Assembly (NCBI RefSeq): GCF_001194135.2 | Contig: NC_069002.1 | Location: forward strand, 26,206,964-26,270,963 | Direction: 5' to 3' | From: Octopus bimaculoides | Taxonomy: Eukaryota | DNA: 64,000 bases | Part shown: positions 1 through 12,585 of the stretch, in pieces | Numbering within the stretch: position 1 is the first letter of the stretch | How the letters are laid out: every line of letters begins with the position of its first letter | Notes under the pieces: generated by a model | The model's database searches: none | The model's input: only the letters and a program-made list of their open reading frames with translations | What the model was told of the DNA's origin: nothing | Program-made: the position numbers and the translations under genes

Positions 1-18
1 ACATCTTACTCTTAATGA

Positions 19-228
19 TAGTTATCATCTTCATCCTTCTCAGCAGCAGCATCATCATCACCACTAGCATCATCACCATGATTACCATCATCATCATCAT
101 CGTTATCACTGTCATCATCATTGCTGTGGTTGTTACCGGAATCATCATCGTCTTCAATGCTACCACTGCCATCTTCATCCATCACCACCACCACTATCAT
201 AATCATCATCATCATTACCATCATCATG
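19..228. repeat. (CAT/CAC)n trinucleotide microsatellite
   Basis: Imperfect catcatcat/caccac run; source of the poly-M/D/H/I ORFs. Confidence 0.9.
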
Positions 229-1354
229 AACGGTATAATTGAGATGTTCGTTAAGTAACTTCACTCTCTGGCTGCATTCCAGATCAGTAATTAATAATAG
301 ACTGTACTTTAAATATGTAGGGCAACTGCGACCAGTTGTTGTGTTATGTGTGCTGTGAAACACCAATGACGATGATGGTTATGATGATGATGGCAATGTT
401 GACGATGACCATGATGATGATGATAACAGCTATAACGAACCTTAATGATTGTGACAGCATAGCTTCTTTTGTAGCATTCAGATCACAAAAAATTAACAAA
501 CTTTGATCAAATTTATGACATAGATAACACGAAATTTTGTGACATTTGTTACATGAATGCCAGACCAATTTCTTAGTGAAGAACTCACCAAACTGGTACC
601 AAACCATCATAGTTTACAGACTCGAGTTGCATCACAACAGAAAACACCCGATTCTTTCTCTGTTTCTGGTTTCGGTTTTGTTTACCTCGTTATTGTAAGC
701 AATCTTAGTTAATATGATTTCACAAAAATAAATGACACAAACAAAATGATGTGATTAAAAAATTTCCAGAACGGTTCATTAAATTCTAATGTAGATTCTT
801 TTTGTTTATTATTATTTTTGTTCAAAACGAAATGAAAAAAGAAAAAAAGCTGAGTTTTAACAATCTCAGTGATTCTACATCAAACACATGGCAACACTGC
901 CATTTTTCTTTCATGGAATTAATTGCACAATCTCAATCATGTCTACGTTTTCTTCTTCTTGTTATACAACCGTTTTTCTGGTGCAGCGCATCATCAAAGC
1001 GCATTTAATTGTGCAGCATATTGCAAATTATTTTTTTATATTTTTAACAAGGCAGATTAACTGACACACATGTGTGCACATGCGCACACAAGCACTAAAG
1101 TTACTGTATGTGTATGTGTATACTTGTATGTGTGTGTGTTTGGGGGCGGGTAATGTGGTTGTTTTGACACGCTTGAGCTAGCAGCTAAATCTTCTTTAAA
1201 GATTAATATACTGTGTTTTATAATCCAGAGTTCCCTGCACACAAGTAAAAGATGCGATACCTATGGTTGGGTTGTCTTTGATTGATAGGGGCTGACCTCA
1301 TGCTAAAAGACAGGCACACACACGTACACACATACACACACCACCACCACCAGC

Positions 1355-1600
1355 ATCATCATCATCATCATCATCATCATATGTCTTCTCTTCCATGCTT
1401 GCATGGGTCGTGGAATTCGTTGAAGCAATCTGTTTTCTACGGCTGGATGCCCTTCCTGTTGCCTACTATCACCTGTATCCAAGCAAGGTAATATTTCCCC
1501 ATGGCCAGATATGTTTCCATGGATGATTGGAAATGAACAACATCACTTGTAGTATGATGCTAATGATGCTTGTTAACAGCCATCGAGACAATAGCACACA
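1355..1600 (-). mobile_element. Non-autonomous RTE-tail repeat (variant with 'aaggtaatatttcccc' body)
   Basis: catcatcat...ccatgcttgcatgggtc...ttctacggctggatgcccttcct; the same family recurs at about 38750-39000, 46100-46290, 56815-57060 and 63550-63810. Confidence 0.65.
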
Positions 1601-1635
1601 CAAACCCATACACATATACATATACACGTACTGAT

Positions 1636-2335
1636 TCAAAGATTACAAGTCCAAGCCATCACTGGAACTGTAAAAAGCTGTAAAACTTTCCAGAAGTTTA
1701 CCGTTTAAGTATATATGAGCATGTCTACACATGCAACTATATGCATGAGACGACATACATAAAACAAAACATACAAACCTGCACGTATACATGCATACAT
1801 ACATACATACATGCAAACAAACAAACAAAAATACCCTGTTGATGTTGTTGAAATTCCAATGAGGGAGCCTTGGATCTAGGTTAGAAATTGGCTCTTTCTC
1901 TATTACTCTTTTACTTGTTTCAGTCATTTGACTGCGGCCATGCTGGAGCACCACCTTTAGTCGAGCAAGTCGACCCCAGGACTTATTCTTTGTAAGCCTA
2001 GTACTTATTCTATCGGTCTCTTTTGCCGAACCGCTAAGTTACGGGGACGTAAACACACCAGCATCGGTTGTCAAGTGATGTTGGGGGGACAAACACAGAT
2101 ACACAAACACAAATATATACATATGCATATATACGACGGGCTTCCTTCAGTTTCCGTCTACCAAATCCACCCACAAGGCTTTGGTTGGCCCAAGGCTATA
2201 GTAGAAGACACTTGCCCAAGGTGCCACACAGTGGGACTGAACCCGGAATCATGTGGTTGGTAAGCAAGCTACTCACCACACAGCCACTCTTGAAATAAAA
2301 CTAAAAAATGACATACATACATACATACATACATA
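1636..2335 (+). mobile_element. 3' end of R4/Dong-type LINE, interrupted by a SINE
   Basis: Matches the C-terminal codons and 3'UTR of the 28.5-30.8 kb element (ccatcactggaactgtaaaa...gaaattccaatgag...); resumes after the SINE with cttgaaataaaactaaaaaatgacatacatac. Confidence 0.8.
1904..2290 (-). mobile_element. tRNA-derived SINE family A, full length
   Basis: Minus-strand head GGCTGTGTGGTGAG...GGGTTCAGTCCC (A/B-box-like), internal TA tract, tail gactgaaacaagtaaaagag; many copies in the window. Confidence 0.85.
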
Positions 2336-2384
2336 ATTAATTAATTAATGTGGTGCTTACAGCTCTTGTACCCTGACTATGAAT

Positions 2385-2575
2385 TCTCATTTGTACATAT
2401 CATAATAGCTTACGTACCAACAAATTTGTACCTATCATTAGGTTACGTACCAACAAATTTTGGAATACTCCATTTCACAGAAAAAGAACAAAAGAAACTG
2501 TCACAGATTCTCCGAATCCAATCTATTAATGGCACAGTGAAGACATGTAAGATATTCCCAAAATTCTTCATCTGA
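2385..2575 (+). mobile_element. Diverged R4/Dong C-terminus fragment
   Basis: GILHFTEKEQKKLSQILRIQSINGTVKTCKIFPKFFI* aligns by eye with the C-terminus encoded at about 28750-28860 (LGFSKSE..KLI.RLQIQSITGTVKICKTFQKF). Confidence 0.6.
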
Positions 2576-2719
2576 GATTCTTACGTAAATAAATGCACAC
2601 ACTTGGGTGCGTGCGCCAACAGTTCATCCAACATACTGACTTAAACAGATCCATACGAACAGCAGGAACTCTTTTGACTCTAAAAGCCACGTCACTTTGT
2701 TTGTGACTGGCTTGACCTG

Positions 2720-2964
2720 TTAACCCTTTCAATCCTGAATTATTTCTCAAGAATTTTCTCCCAATGCTGGGGGTTTGTATGTATGTGAACCTTTTGAGCT
2801 GTCATTATAGTGTCTAGCACTCCGATCATACGTGTGGCACAACATACTTACCAGAAAAACTGGAGTGGTACTATACTGCATCACATAGAATGGGAATTTT
2901 AACGATTTGGGTTGTAAAATTTTTGACTGGTACAAATATGCACCAGCTGGGCCGAAAGGGTTAA
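2720..2964. mobile_element. piggyBac-like MITE
   Basis: TTAA-CCCTTTC ... GAAAGGG-TTAA termini. Confidence 0.7.
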
Positions 2965-3325
2965 GAAGAATTTTGATAAAACGCAAAGAAAACTACGTTC
3001 ATTTATACATATACATATATGTAGGCAGACAGAATGCAAATCCTTAATTCATAGCCAACAAATGAACAAAATATCTGGGATTATAGAAATCTCCAAGACC
3101 TTAAGATTTAAAGGATGCTGAGCAAAACAAGATGCTTTCCTTCACAACCTTGGAACCAAACCAGTGGCCCGTCATAATTTATTCTAATATTGGCTTTCAA
3201 TTTTAGCACAAGGCCAGAAATTTCAGAGGAGAGGGTAAGTTGGTTACATCGACCCCAGTGTTTAACTGGTATTTGTTTTATCAACTCCGAAAGAGCAGTT
3301 TGTCCGGTATGCTAACGATTTTGCA

Positions 3326-3660
3326 GTGGCTATGATGATGATGATGATGATGACAATAGCATTGGCGGTAGTTGTGATGTTGGTAATGATGATAATGATA
3401 ACAGTAGTGGTGGTGGTTGTAGCGATGATGACAAAGCTGATGATGATGACAATGATGCTGATGATGACGATAATGGTGGTGGTTTTAGTGATGACAACAA
3501 AGATGATGATGATGATAATAATGAGGGTGATGATGATGATGATGACAATGATGGTGGTGATGATGAGGATGATGATGATGACAATAATGGTGGTGCTTTT
3601 AGTGATGACAAAGATGATGGTGATACTACTACTGATGATGATGATGATGATGATGATAAT
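3326..3660. repeat. (GAT/GGT)n microsatellite
   Basis: Long imperfect atgatg/gtggtg run. Confidence 0.9.
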
Positions 3661-4187
3661 AGTTGCAATGGTGGTGTTGCATAAATAAATGGGGTACTTG
3701 TTTGGAGAAATACATGCTACCCCACATTCTGTTCTAAGACATTGTCTGTTGAAAGAACTGAAGGGAGGAACGGGGATGAGGTGAGGTGGGGAGAAGAGAA
3801 TGACTGAGATAATGTCACTGAAGGCTCTTCACTCCTTCTCCTGGCAGTTTTACTTCATATTCTCTCAAATAGAACATTAAAGGTTTGGAAGGAGGGGGGG
3901 GGAGAAACCTCCCGCTCCACCTCTTCCCAGATGATCTGTCTGGGAACTGAACACAGACAGGAAATGAAGGAGGATGCTGAGTGGCAAAGTGGATGCAGTG
4001 AGAAAGATTTATTCCTTCAACGAACACTTTTGACAGAGGTCTTTTAGCTTAAAATAATATATTATAAACACACATACATACACACATGTGGACACACACA
4101 CGCACACACATACACACATGTGCACACACACACACACACACATACATACACACACATACCTTCTTTAAGGGTATAAACTTAACATCA

Positions 4188-4575
4188 CCATCATCATCAT
4201 CATCATCATCATCATCGATATCATCATCTGCTTTTCCTGCTGGCATGGGTTGGATGGTTTGACGTGGAGCTGGCTTGCATGAAGCTGTCCAGGGTCCAGC
4301 TGTCTATTGAGGCTTAGTTTCTACGGCTGAATGCCCTTCCTACTGACAACCACTTTCAGAGTGTGCTGGGTATATTTTATGTGTCACCATCATGGGTGCA
4401 TTAACACAGCACTGGCACGGGTGCCTTTTAAGTGGCACCGGCACCCGCAAAGGACAAGCCTGTATGAGTGGAGGACAGTGACTCTACTTAGCTTGATGCT
4501 TCTTATCAAGTGCAGCCAATCGCCACATCTCTCGATCCCTTGTCATCTCCTTGGTGAGGACCAGCATCTGTAGAT
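4188..4575 (-). mobile_element. RTE LINE 3'UTR/tail
   Basis: (CAT)n tail followed by ttttcctgctggcatgggttgg...ttctacggctgaatgcccttcct, as in 25940-26100. Confidence 0.65.
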
Positions 4576-4589
4576 TCTTTCTCACCACT

Positions 4590-4985
4590 TCTAAAGTGAG
4601 TCCACAGCTGTAAGCTACACCAGTATCGCATAACCAGCCCACTCAAAAGTACCTTGGATTGTAGCGCAACATGCTGTACTTGAGGAAACCTGTTGAGTCA
4701 AGTACATCAACATCAGCAATATCAAAATCAAATCAAATGGAAATTGTAGTTGTGAGCCCTGTACCGGTAGCATGTAAAAAGCACCATCCGAACGTGGCTG
4801 ATGTCAGTGCCACTTGAGTGGCTTCCGTGCCGGTGGCATGTAAAATACAACATCCTATCGTGGTCGATGCCAGCTCATGTGGCCCCTGTGCTGGTGGCAC
4901 GTAAAAAGCACCCACTACACTCTCAGAGTGGTTGACATTAGGAAGTGCATCCGGCTGTAGAAACATTGCCAGATCAGATTGGGGT
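4590..4985 (+). mobile_element. RTE LINE 3'UTR fragment with internal subrepeats
   Basis: Repeated ggtggcacgtaaaaagcacc units and cattaggaagtgcatccggctgtagaaac, the reverse complement of the RTE tail family. Confidence 0.6.
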
Positions 4986-5000
4986 CTGATGATGTTCAGA

Positions 5001-5157
5001 CATGGCTGTGTGATAAAATGTTTACTTCCCAGCCATGTGGTTCCAGGTTCAGTCCTACTGCATGGCACCTTGGTCAAATGTCTTCTACTATATCCACAGG
5101 CCGATTAAATCCTTATCAGTGGATTTGGTAGATAGAAATTGAAAGAAGCCTCCCGTA
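5001..5157 (+). mobile_element. SINE family A, 5' half
   Basis: ggctgtgtgat...ggttcagtcctactgcatggcacc...gaaagaagcc. Confidence 0.7.
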
Positions 5158-5202
5158 CATATCTCTATTTATCTGTCTATCTATCCATCCATTAATTGGG
5201 TA

Positions 5203-5536
5203 AAGACTCTCTTCAGTGATGCATGACTATGGGATTGGATCTGGAAAGTTACCCTCCAAGGCACAAGTCTGGGCAAGGTTGTTTTGTGGAAGACCAGCAG
5301 TCACCCATGAATACCAGCCTCCCCTCTACACACCACTGACGTTATCCAAGGGTAAGGCAAAGGCCGATACAGCTTAACACCAGTGATGTCGCAACTCATT
5401 TCTACAGCTGAGTTAACTGGAGCAATGTGAAATAAAGTGTCTTGCTCAAGAACACAACACACAACCTAGTCCAGAAATCAAACTCACTACCTCATGATTG
5501 TGAACCTGATGCTGTAATGACTGAGCCATGCAGCTT
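5203..5536 (-). mobile_element. tRNA-derived SINE family B
   Basis: Homologous along its length to the 30100-30434 copy (aaagtgtcttgctcaagaacacaacac core). Confidence 0.8.
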
Positions 5537-5871
5537 TATATATATATATATATACAAACATGGATAATACTAAGTACTTTTTCTTTTGTGATGAAATCTT
5601 TGAACTAAAAATTGTTGGTGGCTGAAGAGAGCTTTAAACCATCTTTTATATCAATATACCTATGGTGATGTAATAAGAGATTGTTTATAAAGCTTGAAAC
5701 ACGTGTACCACAATATCCTTTGTGTTCTGTTTTCATTTTACGTTTTAATATATTCTCTCACCTCTACCACTATCTCGCATATACAGGTGCTTACGCTTAT
5801 TAAGTATTACCTCTAAACTTACAGTACCTAAGTATATATGAAAATAAAATCCATTTGTGTTCTTATATACA

Positions 5872-6000
5872 ATGGGCTTTGTTCAGTTTCTGTCTACTAA
5901 ATTCACTCATAAAGCTTTGGTGGCCCAAGTTGGTATGCAGTGGGACTGAACCCAGAGCCATGCAGTTGGGAAGCAAACTTCTTACCACACAGCCACGCCT
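5872..6000 (-). mobile_element. SINE family A, partial
   Basis: cagtgggactgaaccc...cttaccacacagccacgcctg. Confidence 0.7.
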
Positions 6001-6549
6001 GTACCTCTGACTTCAAAAAGAAAGAAAAAAAAATAGAAAAGGAAATTTGGAAATGAAAAAGAAGTTTGAGAGAAACTCATTAAGTTTTCTCATCATGTTT
6101 AATTAGTATATTTCGGAATGAAAAGTATTATAATTTGAAATATTGCAATTATATTTTAATGATTGTTTAAATGATATCTTACTTCATAAAACTTTACTTT
6201 CATCTTCAAATAGAATTTAATTTACTTCGTACAAATAGATAAATATTCCGATCTCAATGAGGCAGATTTGGTATTTAAAAACAAACAAAACCACAATGTA
6301 ATTATTATTATTATTATTATTATTATCAATCTCCATAGATATTTGGTTAAATTTATTTATATCTCCGTCTTTATTTCCAATACATTCGATGTTTCATTGT
6401 GTCTGATATCTTTCATCATGATGTGGGTCATGTGGGTTTGCAAACTTACACAATTACATATCTCATTGAATCAAACACGCCTAAATCTTCACAAGAAACA
6501 CATACATTGTTCTATTGTGCAGAATTGCAAATTCCAAAAAGATTTAGAT

Positions 6550-6666
<117 letters not shown>

Positions 6667-6908
6667 ACATCATTGTATTAACTCTGAATGTGATTCTCAT
6701 GGTTAAATAATAATTTACTCACAACTTTGTTATTTTTCATAGCAGCTAGAAATTAATTGTAATTAAATGTTTCTTTTATTTAAAAATGTGTATTTCTGTT
6801 ATCACAATTACAGCTAATTAACGTAGGAATGATAACGACTGGCTCATGACAATAGCAGGTTTCCATCTTTGATTACTTTTACATCAAAAAGATAACTCTT
6901 CTTTCCAG

Positions 6909-7005
6909 ACAACCATTCCATGGTTTTATGGATGATCAAACACAGACAGATGCGTTACTTAACGACATGCCAGAGATTGGCTTGGTTAATTTACAGCTAA
7001 TGTGA
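6909..7005 (+). CDS. Weak candidate exon (QPFHGFMDDQTQTDALLNDMPEIGLVNLQLM*)
   Basis: ctcttctttccAG acceptor followed by a 31-codon open frame in sequence not matching other repeats here; no homology recognised. Confidence 0.12.
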
Positions 7006-7182
7006 ATCACTCTCACCACATGATAACTAACTGTTAATTTTTAATTAATATTTGTAAACAAATCATTTCAAAGTTATTAACATGATTATAAACACTCTTT
7101 CAACATTCATTATATTGCTATTTAACTGTTGCTATTGACATATATCTATACACCTACACACACTCACTTGCATTCATACATG

Positions 7183-7217
<35 letters not shown>

Positions 7218-7380
7218 GATGAACGTTTACATGTTTATACACACAAACACACACAAGAAATTTGGGATGACAAAGGAATATACAATTCCTATGAACTTCA
7301 TTAGTTTACAGCTTTCTCTCTCTCTATATATATATATACATAGATACATTTATATATATACGTACATACATGTATAAATA

Positions 7381-7536
7381 TCATCATCATCATCATCATC
7401 GTTTAACGTCCGCTTTCCATGCTAGCATGGGTTGGACGATTTGACTGAGGACTGGTGAAACCGGATGGCAACACCAGGCTCCAGTCTGATTTGGCAGAGT
7501 TTCTACAGCTGGATGCCCTTCCTAACGCCAACCACT
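7381..7536 (-). mobile_element. RTE-tail non-autonomous repeat
   Basis: catcatcatcgtttaacgtccgctttccatgctagcatggg...ctggatgcccttcctaacgccaaccac. Confidence 0.75.
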
Positions 7537-7905
7537 TATATATACATATATAAATATATATATATACATATATATGCATATATACATATATAAATATATA
7601 TATCTATATATATATATAAATATATGCTGTTGTACTTGGGGATGGTCATGTTGCCAGTTTAGCCAATAAAAACACACGCACTGTATATTTGGTGTTAATT
7701 TTCTTTTTTTTTTTTTTTTTTTTTTTTTTNNNNNNNNNNNNNNNNNNNNNNNNNNNNNNNNNNNNNNNNNNNNNNNNNNNNNNNNNNNNNNNNNNNNNNN
7801 NNNNNNNNNNNNNNNNNNNNNNNNNNNNNNNNNNNNNNNNNNNNNNNNNNNNNNNNNNNNNNNNNNNNNNNNNNNNNNNNNNNNNNNNNNNNNNNNNNNN
7901 NNNNN

Positions 7906-7949
<44 letters not shown>

Positions 7950-7950
<1 letters not shown>

Positions 7951-8165
7951 ATAGGAAAGGTAATACAACAAAAGAAAGAAAGAGACCTCAATATAATGTA
8001 AATAGAGGAATTTATCTGTAAATAATATGTGACAATTATTCAGTAGCCATGATAAAACTCCGAGTTCGACTTGCACGGGCGTTGTGACCAGGTCTTGGAG
8101 AGGTGGCTACGGTCACCCGAAACTCAGTTTTATCATGGCTACCGAATAATTGTCACATATTATTT
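7950..8165. mobile_element. Penelope-like repeat with 40-bp inverted arms (8020-8059 / 8126-8165)
   Basis: Homologous to 21535-21724; both arms carry the 3' half of the hammerhead-like motif (gaaactc..gttttatcatggctacc). Confidence 0.6.
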
Positions 8166-8773
8166 AGATATATATATATGTATATATAGTTCAAAAAAAC
8201 AATAACAAAAAAACAAAAAAACAACAAAGTGAGGATGTGATATGGATAGTATTATTGGACGCTCAGGAAAGGAAAGAGAGAGTGTATATATATATGTAAA
8301 TATATATATATATGTATATATATATGTATGTATATATATATAGTTTATTCTCCATTTTCTTCTACTTGTTGTTTCCCTCTATCCTGATAATACTAAAACT
8401 CTAGGGATGTTGGTGTGTAACTGAAATATCTCAGAAATAGTATATTTTATCTTCATTTTGTTTTTTACATACTTATTTTCATACTTACCTTCAGCGTTGC
8501 AGTACAAATTTCTGNNNNNNNNNNNNNNNNNNNNNNNNNNNNNNNNNNNNNNNNNNNNNNNNNNNNNNNNNNNNNNNNNNNNNNNNNNNNNNNNNNNNNN
8601 NNNNNNNNNNNNNNNNNNNNNNNNNNNNNNNNNNNNNNNNNNNNNNNNNNNNNNNNNNNNNNNNNNNNNNNNNNNNNNNNNNNNNNNNNNNNNNNNNNNN
8701 NNNNNNNNNNNNNNNNNNNNNNNNNNNNNNNNNNNNNNNNNNNNNNNNNNNNNNNNNNNNNNNNNNNNNNNNN

Positions 8774-8872
8774 AAAATTAAAAGAAAAGTTTTTTAAAAG
8801 AATATTTGCATGGTATTCAGTACTATTGAATACTATGCAAATATTCTTTTAAAAAACTTTTCTTTTAATTTT
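8774..8872. repeat. 46-bp-stem hairpin palindrome with 7-nt loop
   Basis: Arms 8774-8819 and 8827-8872 are reverse complements with one mismatch. Confidence 0.9.
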
Positions 8873-8929
8873 TCCTAAATTTTATTGTTTTCCATATATA
8901 TCAACTGGTGTGTTCCTTTTCAACCTTCT

Positions 8930-8983
<54 letters not shown>

Positions 8984-9146
8984 GTATGTATATATATATA
9001 GTTTATTCTCCATTTTCTTCTACTTGTTGTTTCCCTCTATCCTGATAATACTAAAACTCTAGGGATGTTGGTGTGTAACTGAAATATCTCAGAAATAGTA
9101 TATTTTATCTTCATTTTGTTTTTTACATACTTATTTTCATACTTAC

Positions 9147-9186
9147 CTTCAGCGTTGCAGTACAAATTTCTGTGTCATTTGGACCT
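9147..9186 (-). CDS. Candidate 40-nt internal exon (GPNDTEICTATLK)
   Basis: Minus strand: atttaaatAG|aggtcc...ctgaag|GTAAGTat; consensus donor, only one frame open. Confidence 0.25.
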
Positions 9187-10120
9187 CTATTTAAATGATT
9201 AAATACAAATTTTGTTATTTCTTGACAAAAAAATACATGGCTTCCATGATGTCAACATACATACACACATACAGAATACACATGCATATAATGAATATCA
9301 TGGTGTGTCACTCAACACAAACACACGGCCGCTATTTGTGACACGTACACACTCATAGTCTTCGCCTGCTCTAAGAAAAAAAACCTTTGACTTTTTGACG
9401 TACACAATATTTTAATCATTTAGAAATATTTTTAACTGAATGCGATTTCATCATCCGGAGTTTGTTAATTTCCGTAAAATTTTTTTATTTATTTACTTTT
9501 GTTATAAAGTGAAAGATGTGTTTACGTGTATATGAAATGGATGTGTGTGAGAGAGAGGAAAAGAGAAAGTGAGTGATGGGATGTGTTGTCATGTATACAT
9601 ACATCAATACATATGCATACATCTTTTTTGCATGTATGTGTGTGTGTGTGTGACAGTGNNNNNNNNNNNNNNNNNNNNNNNNNNNNNNNNNNNNNNNNNN
9701 NNNNNNNNNNNNNNNNNNNNNNNNNNNNNNNNNNNNNNNNNNNNNNNNNNNNNNNNNNNNNNNNNNNNNNNNNNNNNNNNNNNNNNNNNNNNNNNNNNNN
9801 NNNNNNNNNNNNNNNNNNNNNNNNNNNNNNNNNNNNNNNNNNNNNNNNNNNNNNNNNNNNNNNNNNNNNNNNNNNNNNNNNNNNNNNNNNNNNNNNNNNN
9901 NNNNNNNNNNNNNNNNNNNNNNNNNNNNNNNNNNNNNNNNNNNNNNNNNNNNNNNNNNNNNNNNNNNNNNNNNNNNNNNNNNNNNNNNNNNNNNNNNNNN
10001 NNNNNNNNNNNNNNNNNNNNNNNNNNNNNNNNNNNNNNNNNNNNNNNNNNNNNNNNNNNNNNNNNNNNNNNNNNNNNNNNNNNNNNNNNNNNNNNNNNNN
10101 NNNNNNNNNNNNNNNNNNNN

Positions 10121-10173
<53 letters not shown>

Positions 10174-10959
10174 TGCATATATAGGTACAGGACGTCACCA
10201 ATGGTGCAAATAACATGATATACGTAAATGAGAAATAAAATGGAAAACAGGACAAGTAAACACAGAGAGAGGACCCTTCATAAGTTGTTGGCTGTTTATC
10301 TACTCCTTGTTTCGAGCATCCAACAACAATAGGAGTTTTCAAAGACAGTTGCTTCCATAAATTCTAAAATAAAATTTAGGATTTATGGGGGGTTAAAGTT
10401 GGGAACAAAACTATGACAATGGAGACATACAAGGAAACAAAATGTAAACAAACATGGAGGGTTGTTAGACCAGGACGAGAGGAAAATATAAGGTGTGACT
10501 TTGAGGTTGAAAATTCTACCTGCCAGCCACATGGTTTCCAGTTCAATACTAATGCATGGCACCTAGGACAAGTGTCTTCTACTATAAATCCAGACAAACA
10601 AAACTTGTGTGAATGTTTTTGGTTGATACTGAAAAAAGCTTATTCTGTATGTGTGTGTGTGTTCTGCATAATAGAACAGAATCTAAAGATTCTGCCGGCG
10701 GTCTGTGTTGGTAAAGCTTTATGTAGCAAAGCCAATAAAAAGAGTCCAGTGACCTTGCAGTGTGGAGTAGAAACCCCAATGTTTCAAACAGAGTCCTTCC
10801 TCAGGGGAAACATCTGAGAGGAGAGAAATTAATGAGAGACATCAGGGTGTGTGTATAAGTGTATTAATATCTCTTGAACGTGACATCGCACGGTGATTGT
10901 AAAACAAATGTCACCATCACACAACTTGCAACAGAATGGATTCTGCTAAAGTTAATGAT

Positions 10960-11185
10960 TTAACCCCTTAGCATTCAGATTATTTCATCAAGTGTGATCC
11001 TTATTTATTCATTGTTTTGAATTAACCTTACGTTAATTCATAGCCCTGAGATGTCAATGGTGTGATTGTTTATTTTTAGAATGATATTGTAGGATAGGTG
11101 TGAGAGACTGGATCTGGCCAGTTTGAACATAAAGCAGGTAGAATGCTTGGGCCTGATATGGTCAGTTTAAATGCTAAAGGGTTAA
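10960..11185. mobile_element. piggyBac-like MITE (family 2)
   Basis: TTAA-CCCCTTAGCATT ... AATGCTAAAGGG-TTAA; second copy inverted at about 44053-44257. Confidence 0.7.
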
Positions 11186-12035
11186 AGGACCAGTAGTGGT
11201 CATGGTTAAATTAGGGAATGGATTCCTGGAGCAGACTCTCCTCTTGATTCTAATAAACAGGCCTGAATGTTAGCCACATGAATCTCAACAGCTTGTCCCC
11301 TAATCCCTGATTAAATTATAAACAAAAATACTAAAAATGAAAAAGAAAACACACAACACTTCTCTTTTTAAAGACTCCCCCCCCCNNNNNNNNNNNNNNN
11401 NNNNNNNNNNNNNNNNNNNNNNNNNNNNNNNNNNNNNNNNNNNNNNNNNNNNNNNNNNNNNNNNNNNNNNNNNNNNNNNNNNNNNNNNNNNNNNNNNNNN
11501 NNNNNNNNNNNNNNNNNNNNNNNNNNNNNNNNNNNNNNNNNNNNNNNNNNNNNNNNNNNNNNNNNNNNNNNNNNNNNNNNNNNNNNNAGTGATTGTGAGT
11601 AACTAACACCATCAGCATTTGTACTACCATAACTTCTACCACCACTGTTGTCATATCGCTGCCTCTAAAACTACCACCACCACCGCCGCCGCCACCAGTG
11701 CTGCCGCTACCACCACCACTACTGCCACCACCACCACCACCACCACCATATTCTTTAGAGTAATCCCTGGAGTGTTTCTTGGTTTTGCTATTTTTGATCA
11801 AATATTTTGCAATGATATCTTGCAAACTGTGAAATTTGCTGAGAATACCTTACATCATGTAGTAGTGGTAGTAGTAGTGGTGGTGGTGGTCACAGCAGCA
11901 GCACCAATGGTAGCAGCAGTGGCCGCAGTAGCAGCAACAACAACAGCTCCAGGACATGTTTTGGGATCTTGCTATGAAACAGTATAATTTCTTGGAAATC
12001 TTGCTGGAAGTCTTAAGGGAGACAGTTGTGTGTGT

Positions 12036-12160
12036 GAGAAGGGAGAGAGGGAGAGAGAGAGAGAGAGGGAGAGAGAGAGAGAGACAGGGAGTGGGAGAGA
12101 GAGAGGGAAATGAGAGACAAGGAGAAACACTGAGAGAAAATCGAGAAATAGAGAGAGATG
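12036..12160. repeat. (GA)n-rich microsatellite
   Basis: gagagagg runs. Confidence 0.85.
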
Positions 12161-12279
12161 GCGGGTTGGGGGGGGGTAATAATTATGGAAAGAGATGAAA
12201 AAAAGCATATGTGATTCCCTGTGACTTGATAAAAAAATGGCTTTAAATTAATCGTGATGTTGACAATGCAAGCTGGGTT

Positions 12280-12585
12280 CTATATCATCACCATCATCAT
12301 TATCACCATCGTCATTATCATCACCATAATCATCATCTTCATCATTGTCATCATTTATCATAATCCTCCTTGTCATCATCATCATCACTGTCATCATTTT
12401 CATTACGTCCACCACCATCTCCACCCTCCTCTTCCTCCTCCTCCTCATCGTCGTTACTACCTCTACCACCATCACCACCACTGTCATTATTTTCATCATC
12501 ATCATCACCACCAGCAGCAACATCATGATTATCATCATCATTTTTCCTCCATCACCACCCCCACCATCACCACCACCACCCACTG
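12280..12585. repeat. (CAT/CAC/CCT)n microsatellite
   Basis: Imperfect trinucleotide run. Confidence 0.9.

Noticed and set aside
3725-4040. Possible CR1/L2 LINE linker fragment
   Set aside because: Only compositional similarity to 42335-42565; no diagnostic motif
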